NCBI GenBank assembly: GCA_041496385.1
Contig: JBGQEL010000112.1
Location: forward strand, 1 to 14,331
Reading direction: 5' to 3'
Length of the DNA: 14,331 bases
Source of the DNA: Candidatus Methylomirabilia bacterium
Lineage (GTDB): Bacteria; Methylomirabilota; Methylomirabilia; Rokubacteriales; CSP1-6
The notes beneath the pieces were generated by a model. That model ran no database searches, was not told where the DNA came from, and saw only the letters and a list, made by a program, of their open reading frames with translations. The translations under genes and the position numbers were made by a program. Shown one piece after another: positions 8,213 to 14,331 of the stretch (its first letter is position 1; each line of letters starts with the position of its first letter).

Positions 8213-8233
8213 GCGGCGCGCGCCTCGCGCCGC
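8213..8233. terminator. Hairpin between convergent genes
   Basis: GCGGCGCG-cgcct-CGCGCCGC, a perfect 8-bp stem filling the gap between TAG8211 and the zwf stop. No U-tract, so terminator function is uncertain. Confidence 0.4.
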
Positions 8234-9726
<1,493 letters not shown>

Positions 9727-9727
<1 letters not shown>

Positions 9728-10176
9728 CAGGCTCCCCGCGCTTCGATCTCGAGCACCTTGCGGAGGCGCCGCTCGTGACGCTCGGCGTGCGAGAAGCGCG
9801 CGGCGGCGAACTCGCGCACCAGCTCGATCGCGAGGTCCACGCCGACGACGCGCGCGCCCAGGCAGAGCACGTTGGCGTCGTCGTCCTCGCGCGACTGGCG
9901 GGCCGTGAACAGGTCGTGGCAGAGCGCCGCGCGCACGCCGCGGATCTTGTTGGCGGCGATCGACACGCCCGCGCCGCTGCCGCAGAGCAGCACGCCCAGG
10001 TCCGCGCGCCCCTCGCGGATCGCCGCGCCGACGGCGCGCGCGTAGTCCGGGTAATCGACGGGCTCGGTAGAGGTGGTCCCGAGGTCGAGGACGCCGTGCC
10101 CCTCCCGCTCGAGGGCCGCGACCACGGGCGCCTTGTGCGCGAAGCCCCGATGGTCCGCGGCCACCGCCAGGCGCAC
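9727..10176 (-). CDS. rpiB: RpiB/LacA/LacB family sugar-phosphate isomerase
   Basis: Probable start GTG10176 ([11 protein letters not shown]), 2 nt after the pgl stop. Motifs [35 protein letters not shown] and RHERR. Its stop overlaps the zwf ATG (TGATG). 149 aa. Confidence 0.9.
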
Positions 10177-10178
10177 GC

Positions 10179-10934
10179 CTAGCGCTTCCCGGCGTCGGGC
10201 ACGAGCGCGGCCGCGGCGCGGTCCACGAGCCAGACGAGCTGGCCGCCCTCGGGGCTCACGAGCCCCGCCGGCACGGCCGCGTGCTCGACCAGCACCGCCT
10301 TGACCACTTTCGCCTTCTCGGCGCCGGCCACGAGGAACACGACGCGCGCGGCGGCGTTGAGCACCGGCAGCGTGAGCGTGATCCGCTGCGGGATCGCCGC
10401 GGCGCCGGCGTGCACGGCCGCGACGGTGCGGAAGACCTCGCGGAGCACGGGCGAGCCCGGGAAGAGCGACGCCGTGTGTCCGTCCACGCCGAGGCCGAGG
10501 AGCACCAGGTCGAAGCGCGGCAGCTCGCCGCGCCGCAGTCCGAACACCTCGGCCAGCGTCTTCGCGTACTCGGCGGCGACCACCTCGGGGTCCGGCCCCT
10601 CGGCGCGGACTCTGAGCACCTGCGCGGGCGGGATCGGGACCTTCGACAGCAGCGTGTCGTACGCCATCTTGTAGTTCGACTCGCCGTGCTCGGGCGGCAC
10701 CGCCCGCTCGTCGCCGAAGCACGCCCAGGTGCGGCTCCAGTCCACGCTGTCGCAGTAGGGGGCGCGCGCCAGCTTCTCGTACGTGAGGATCGGTGTCGCC
10801 CCGCCCGCGAGCGCCAGCATGAAGCGGCCGCGCGCGGCCACGGCCTCGACGGCGGCCTCCACGACGAGGCGGGCCGCCGTGTCGGCCAGCGCGTCGGCGT
10901 CCTTCAGGATTGTTACGGCGGGTGCGATTCCCAT
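10179..10934 (-). CDS. pgl: 6-phosphogluconolactonase
   Basis: [38 protein letters not shown] and GAEKA motifs. Start ATG10934, 10 nt after the kinase stop. Confidence 0.93.
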   Translation of the reverse strand: MGIAPAVTILKDADALADTAARLVVEAAVEAVAARGRFMLALAGGATPILTYEKLARAPYCDSVDWSRTWACFGDERAVPPEHGESNYKMAYDTLLSKVPIPPAQVLRVRAEGPDPEVVAAEYAKTLAEVFGLRRGELPRFDLVLLGLGVDGHTASLFPGSPVLREVFRTVAAVHAGAAAIPQRITLTLPVLNAAARVVFLVAGAEKAKVVKAVLVEHAAVPAGLVSPEGGQLVWLVDRAAAALVPDAGKR

Positions 10935-10944
10935 GCCCCGACCA

Positions 10945-12381
10945 TCATACGCCCTCGTCGAGCCGGCGCTGGCGCTCGAGCGCGGCGCGGTAGCGCGCGT
11001 GGCGGGCGGCGTCGGGGAGGAAGATCTCGCCAAGCTCCATCGGCGCCCCGCCGAGGTCGGGCAGCCCGCCGAGTGCCTCGAGAGCGAGCAGGGCGGCGCC
11101 GCGGCTGGTCGCCTCCGCCTCGGTGGACCAGGTGACGGGCCGGCCCAGCGCGTCGGCGACGATCTGCGTCCAGACGCGCGAGCGCGTGAGGGCGGCGCCC
11201 GAGGCGACGATGGCGTGATCGGGCGCTGCCTGCGGCGCGAGCAGCTCGTGGACGAGCGCCAGCCGTAGCGCCACAGCCTCGAGCGCGGCGCGCGCGATCT
11301 CGACCGCCGTCGTGTCGAGCCTGAGCCCCGCGATCGCGCCCGTCCGGTCGCCGCGCCAGCCGGGCGCGCGCTCGCCGGCGAGGAAGGGGAGCACCGTCAG
11401 GCCGTGGCCGTCCGCCGGCACCCTGCCCAGGGCCGCTTCCAGATCGTCGTCGGGCAAGCGCAGCTGAGCCCGGCACCACGCGTACACGTTGCCGCCCTCC
11501 GAGGTGGCGCCGCCGAGCATGGCCCGGTGGCGGTCGAGCCGGTAGCGCCAGAGCCCGCGCGGCGGCGGCGCGGCCGAATCGGTCACGATCCTGAGCGCCG
11601 CGGAGGTGCCCACGTTGAGGGCGACGCGCGCGGGTGTCACGCAGCCCGATCCAATATTGCCCGCGGCGCCGTCGCCCACCGCGGGAAACCACGGCACGCG
11701 CGCGAGCCCGGGCCAGCGTTGCGCCCACGCCGCCGCCAGCCCCCTGCGGCCGGCGTCGCGGTCCACGAGCGGAAAGAGACGATCGGGTTCGACGCCGGCC
11801 GCGGCGAGCGCCGGCGCGTTCCAGGCGAGCGTGGTCCGGTCGAGAAGGCCCGTGCCCGAGGCCATGGAGATGCTCGTCGCCGCTTCGCCGAAGAACGCCA
11901 GCTCGAGCAGCTCGCCGACCGAGCCCCAGCGCGCGACGCGCCGCGCCTCGTCGGGCCGCGCGCGGTGGAGCCAGCGGAGCTTCGCCGGCCAGTAGGAAGC
12001 GTGCAGGTGACAGCCCGTGCGCGCGTGGAGCTCGTCTTCGTCCAGCTCCTCGCGCAGGCGCAGGACCTCGGGATGGCTCCGCGTATCGGCCCACGTGTAC
12101 ACGGGCGTCGCCGGACGGCCGCCGGCGTCGAAGCCGAGCAGGCCATGCCAGAACGTGGTGACGCCGACGCCCTCGACGCGCGCTGGCGCGCCGGGAGCGA
12201 CATGGTCCAGGCAGGCGACGACAGCGTCGAGGAGTCGCCGCGCGTCGTGCTCGACGCCGCCGTCGGGCGTGAGCGCCGGCTCGTATGGCACCTGGTGGAA
12301 GCGCCCGGGGACCGGCCGGCCCGAGACATCGTAGAGCGTGGCGCGCGCGGAGGAGGTCCCGACGTCGAGCGCGATGACCAT
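10945..12381 (-). CDS. gntK: FGGY-family carbohydrate kinase, probable gluconokinase
   Basis: Start ATG12381 (MVIALDVGTSSARA). Motifs TWADTR, RTGC.LH.SYWPAKLRW, VGDGAAGNIGSG, NVGTSAALR and FLAGERAPGW. Context next to pgl and zwf. 478 aa. Confidence 0.8.
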   Translation of the reverse strand: MVIALDVGTSSARATLYDVSGRPVPGRFHQVPYEPALTPDGGVEHDARRLLDAVVACLDHVAPGAPARVEGVGVTTFWHGLLGFDAGGRPATPVYTWADTRSHPEVLRLREELDEDELHARTGCHLHASYWPAKLRWLHRARPDEARRVARWGSVGELLELAFFGEAATSISMASGTGLLDRTTLAWNAPALAAAGVEPDRLFPLVDRDAGRRGLAAAWAQRWPGLARVPWFPAVGDGAAGNIGSGCVTPARVALNVGTSAALRIVTDSAAPPPRGLWRYRLDRHRAMLGGATSEGGNVYAWCRAQLRLPDDDLEAALGRVPADGHGLTVLPFLAGERAPGWRGDRTGAIAGLRLDTTAVEIARAALEAVALRLALVHELLAPQAAPDHAIVASGAALTRSRVWTQIVADALGRPVTWSTEAEATSRGAALLALEALGGLPDLGGAPMELGEIFLPDAARHARYRAALERQRRLDEGV

Positions 12382-12399
12382 TGGGGTAAGATAGCGCCC
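12382..12399. promoter_or_regulatory. Bidirectional promoter with overlapping -10 elements for two leaderless genes
   Basis: Plus strand: TAAGAT (12387-12392), 7 nt before ATG12400. Minus strand: TATCTT (12393-12388), 6 nt before ATG12381. Only 18 bp separate the two start codons, and no SD is present. Confidence 0.7.
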
Positions 12400-12618
12400 A
12401 TGGCGGAGAGCTGGGAAGTCCTGACGCTCCGAGGTCTCGCGTCGACGGACGAGCGGGCCCAGGAGTTCGCCGGCACGCTCGTCATCCACCGGATCGGCAG
12501 CGCCGAGCCCGTCGAACCGGTGCAGGTGACGATCAAGCGATCGATCCTGGTCGAGCTGCACGACACCCTCGGCCGACTGCTCGCGCGGTCGACCGGCATC
12601 GCACGGAGAAAGACATGA
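12400..12618 (+). CDS. Small hypothetical protein (72 aa)
   Basis: MAESWEVLTLRGLASTDERAQEFAGTLVIHRIGSAEPVEPVQVTIKRSILVELHDTLGRLLARSTGIARRKT. GC3-rich codons, promoter directly upstream, and its stop overlaps the next ATG (ATGA 12615-12618). It is the tail of track ORF 11404..12618. Confidence 0.75.
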   Translation: MAESWEVLTLRGLASTDERAQEFAGTLVIHRIGSAEPVEPVQVTIKRSILVELHDTLGRLLARSTGIARRKT

Positions 12619-13172
12619 CCCGGATTCGCGTCCTGAGCCCGATCGGCGAGGTGCACCAGGAGCCGTTCGCCGTGCCGCCGATGCCCGCGGATCTCGCCGG
12701 GCTGAGCATCGGCTTCATCGACAACACCAAGCACAACTTCGACCGGCTTGCCGACGAGATGGGCACGCTCCTGCGCGAGCGCTACGCGGTCAAGGCGGTC
12801 GTGCGCCGCCGCAAGGCCAACGCGTCGGTGGCGGCGCCGCCCGAGGTGCTCGCCGAGCTGGCGAAGGCCTGCGACCTCGTCTTCGCCGGCTCGGGCGACT
12901 GAGGCTCCTGCACATCGTGGAGTCTCCACGACGCCATCGAGATCGCGCGGATCGGCACTCCCGCCGGCCTGATCGGCACCACGGCCTTCCAGGGCCTCGC
13001 CGCGAGCGAGCTTGCGGCGCTCGGCGTGACAGGGCTGCCACTGATCGTCGTCAAGCACCCGCTCGGCGGCGAGCGCCCCGAGTCCGTCTCGCGCCTCGCG
13101 CTCCAGGCGATGGAGCAGCTTGAGGCCTTGCGAGGTGAGGCCGTTCGACGGACGAGCCGAGCGGTGAAATGA
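12615..13172 (+). CDS. UGSC-family selenoprotein (185 aa; Sec at codon 96, TGA 12900-12902)
   Basis: Readthrough gives ...CDLVFAGSGD-U-GSCTSWSLHDAIEIARIGTPAGLIGTTAFQGLAASELAALGVTGLPLIVVKHPLGGERPESVSRLALQAMEQLEALRGEAVRRTSRAVK. The stop TGA at 13170-13172 overlaps the next gene's ATG. UxxC motif, SECIS-like hairpin, and GGAGA RBS upstream. Confidence 0.85.
12915..12931 (+). promoter_or_regulatory. Candidate bacterial SECIS hairpin
   Basis: TCGTGGA-GTC-TCCACGA: a perfect 7-bp stem starting 12 nt after the TGA, with an apical loop beginning GU. Confidence 0.7.
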
Positions 13173-14191
13173 TCGAAAATCTAGTCGAGCTGGACGATGA
13201 TCCGCAGGCGGTTCTCGCCGAGTTCTGCGCGCGCGGCTGGTGCGATGGCCTTCCCATCGTGCCCCCCACCGAGGAGCGCGTGCGCGCGATGCTCGACGGC
13301 GCGCCGGCCGACCGGTCGCTCGGGAAGCTGGCGCCGCTCTGGCGCGAGGCGACGCTCGAGAAGCTCGCCGTCAACGCCGTCATGGCGGGCTGCGAGCCCG
13401 GCGCCCTTCCCGTGCTCGCCGCCGCAGTCGGGGCCATGCTCGACCCCGTGTTCAATCTCTACGGCGTCCAGGCGACGACGCACCCGGTGGCACCGCTCGC
13501 GATCGTGCACGGGCCCGTCGCCGCTCGGCTCGGCTTCCACGCCGGCAGCGGCTGCTTCGGTCCCGGCTTCCGCGCCAACGCCACGCTCGGCCGTGCGCTC
13601 CGTCTGATCCTCATGAACGTGGGCGGCGCCTGGCCCGGGAAGCACGACATGGCCACGCAGGGGAGCCCGGCCAAGTTCTCCTACTGCATCGCCGAGCGCG
13701 TCGACGCCTCGCCCTGGGGGCCGCTCGTCGCGGACGACGCCGTCACGATCTTCGGGGGTGAGGCGCCCCACAACGTCAACGACCACGTCTCGACGACCGC
13801 CGCCGGGATCCTGACGAACATCGCCGACACCGCGGTGTCGCTCGGCTCCAACGTCGGCTGGTTTTTCAGTCAGAGCCAGCTCCTCGTCGTGCTGGGGCCC
13901 GAGCACGCGGCGACGATCGCCTCCGACGGCCTCACGCGCGCCGACGTCCAGCGCTACGTGTTCGAGCACGCGCGGCTGCCACTTCGCCTGCTCAAGCTGG
14001 GCGGCATGTGGGGCATGCAGGACTGGCCGGCGTGGATGAACGCGTCCCGCGACGACGACGCGTTGCTGCCCCAGGTGCCGTCGCCCGACGACGTCTTCGT
14101 GATCGTCGCGGGCGGACCGGGCAAGCACTCCGCGGTCGTCCCGAACTGCACCTTCAGCCGCGCGGTCACTCGCCCCGTGCGCTCGCTCTAG
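13169..14191 (+). CDS. Uncharacterised protein of the family I recall occurring beside or fused to UGSC/thioredoxin-like domains
   Basis: GWCDGLPIVPPT, NAVMAGCEP, QATT, GPGFRANATLGRALRL, PGKHDMATQGSPAK and VAGGPG motifs. ATGA coupling to the selenoprotein gene. 340 aa. Family link is from recall. Confidence 0.75.
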   Translation: MIENLVELDDDPQAVLAEFCARGWCDGLPIVPPTEERVRAMLDGAPADRSLGKLAPLWREATLEKLAVNAVMAGCEPGALPVLAAAVGAMLDPVFNLYGVQATTHPVAPLAIVHGPVAARLGFHAGSGCFGPGFRANATLGRALRLILMNVGGAWPGKHDMATQGSPAKFSYCIAERVDASPWGPLVADDAVTIFGGEAPHNVNDHVSTTAAGILTNIADTAVSLGSNVGWFFSQSQLLVVLGPEHAATIASDGLTRADVQRYVFEHARLPLRLLKLGGMWGMQDWPAWMNASRDDDALLPQVPSPDDVFVIVAGGPGKHSAVVPNCTFSRAVTRPVRSL

Positions 14192-14215
14192 CGTCGCCCG
14201 GCCCCGAGCGGGCGC

Positions 14216-14331
14216 GGATGGGGTCGAGACGACCACGCGGTGGGCGTCCGCTGCTCCGCTGTGGCTGGGCTCCATCTGGGCACGTGGGGCCCGTCGCCGC
14301 TCGGCGGGAACGAGTCTCTTCGACCCCAGCC
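14216..14331. repeat. Inverted-repeat-bounded structured intergenic element (may extend past the window)
   Basis: GGATGGGGTCGA (14216-14227) matches the reverse complement of TCGACCCCAGCC (14320-14331) at 11 of 12 positions, with internal hairpins. Confidence 0.4.

Noticed and set aside
12382..12561. N-terminal extension of the kinase in the ORF track
   Set aside because: The FGGY fold begins at MVIALDVG (12381). The extension overlaps the promoter and the opposite-strand 72-aa gene.
12900..12902. TGA as a nonsense mutation (pseudogene) or an alternative genetic code
   Set aside because: TGA is an ordinary stop for several other genes here, Trp is encoded by TGG, and this TGA sits in a UxxC motif with a hairpin and an intact downstream frame.
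14192..14331. Possible tRNA-Sec or other tRNA after the selenoprotein operon
   Set aside because: No TCA anticodon loop, no properly placed T-arm and no CCA end on either strand.

Overview
GC-rich bacterial window; the codon style, leaderless genes and selenoprotein family suggest a Rokubacteria-like soil lineage (inference only). The left part (1 to about 5330) is a patchy accessory region. It holds a 5'-truncated alkaline-phosphatase/nucleotide-pyrophosphatase family gene, a broken metallo-beta-lactamase-fold remnant, a membrane class III nucleotide cyclase overlapping a Tat-signal alpha/beta hydrolase, and a lower-GC HNH-like Cys/His gene followed by an attC-like inverted repeat. The right part looks like core genome: SDR-serA, a leaderless lipoprotein, and a minus-strand gluconokinase-pgl-rpiB-zwf operon. 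The most interesting locus is 12400-14191, a three-gene plus-strand operon linked by ATGA overlaps. Its middle gene (12615-13172) appears to read through an in-frame TGA at 12900 followed by a SECIS-like hairpin, giving a U-G-S-C selenoprotein that the ORF track truncates. This operon sits head-to-head with the NADPH-generating pentose-phosphate operon: the start codons are 18 bp apart, with overlapping -10 boxes on both strands. That suggests an uncharacterised selenium-dependent redox module co-expressed with an NADPH supply.
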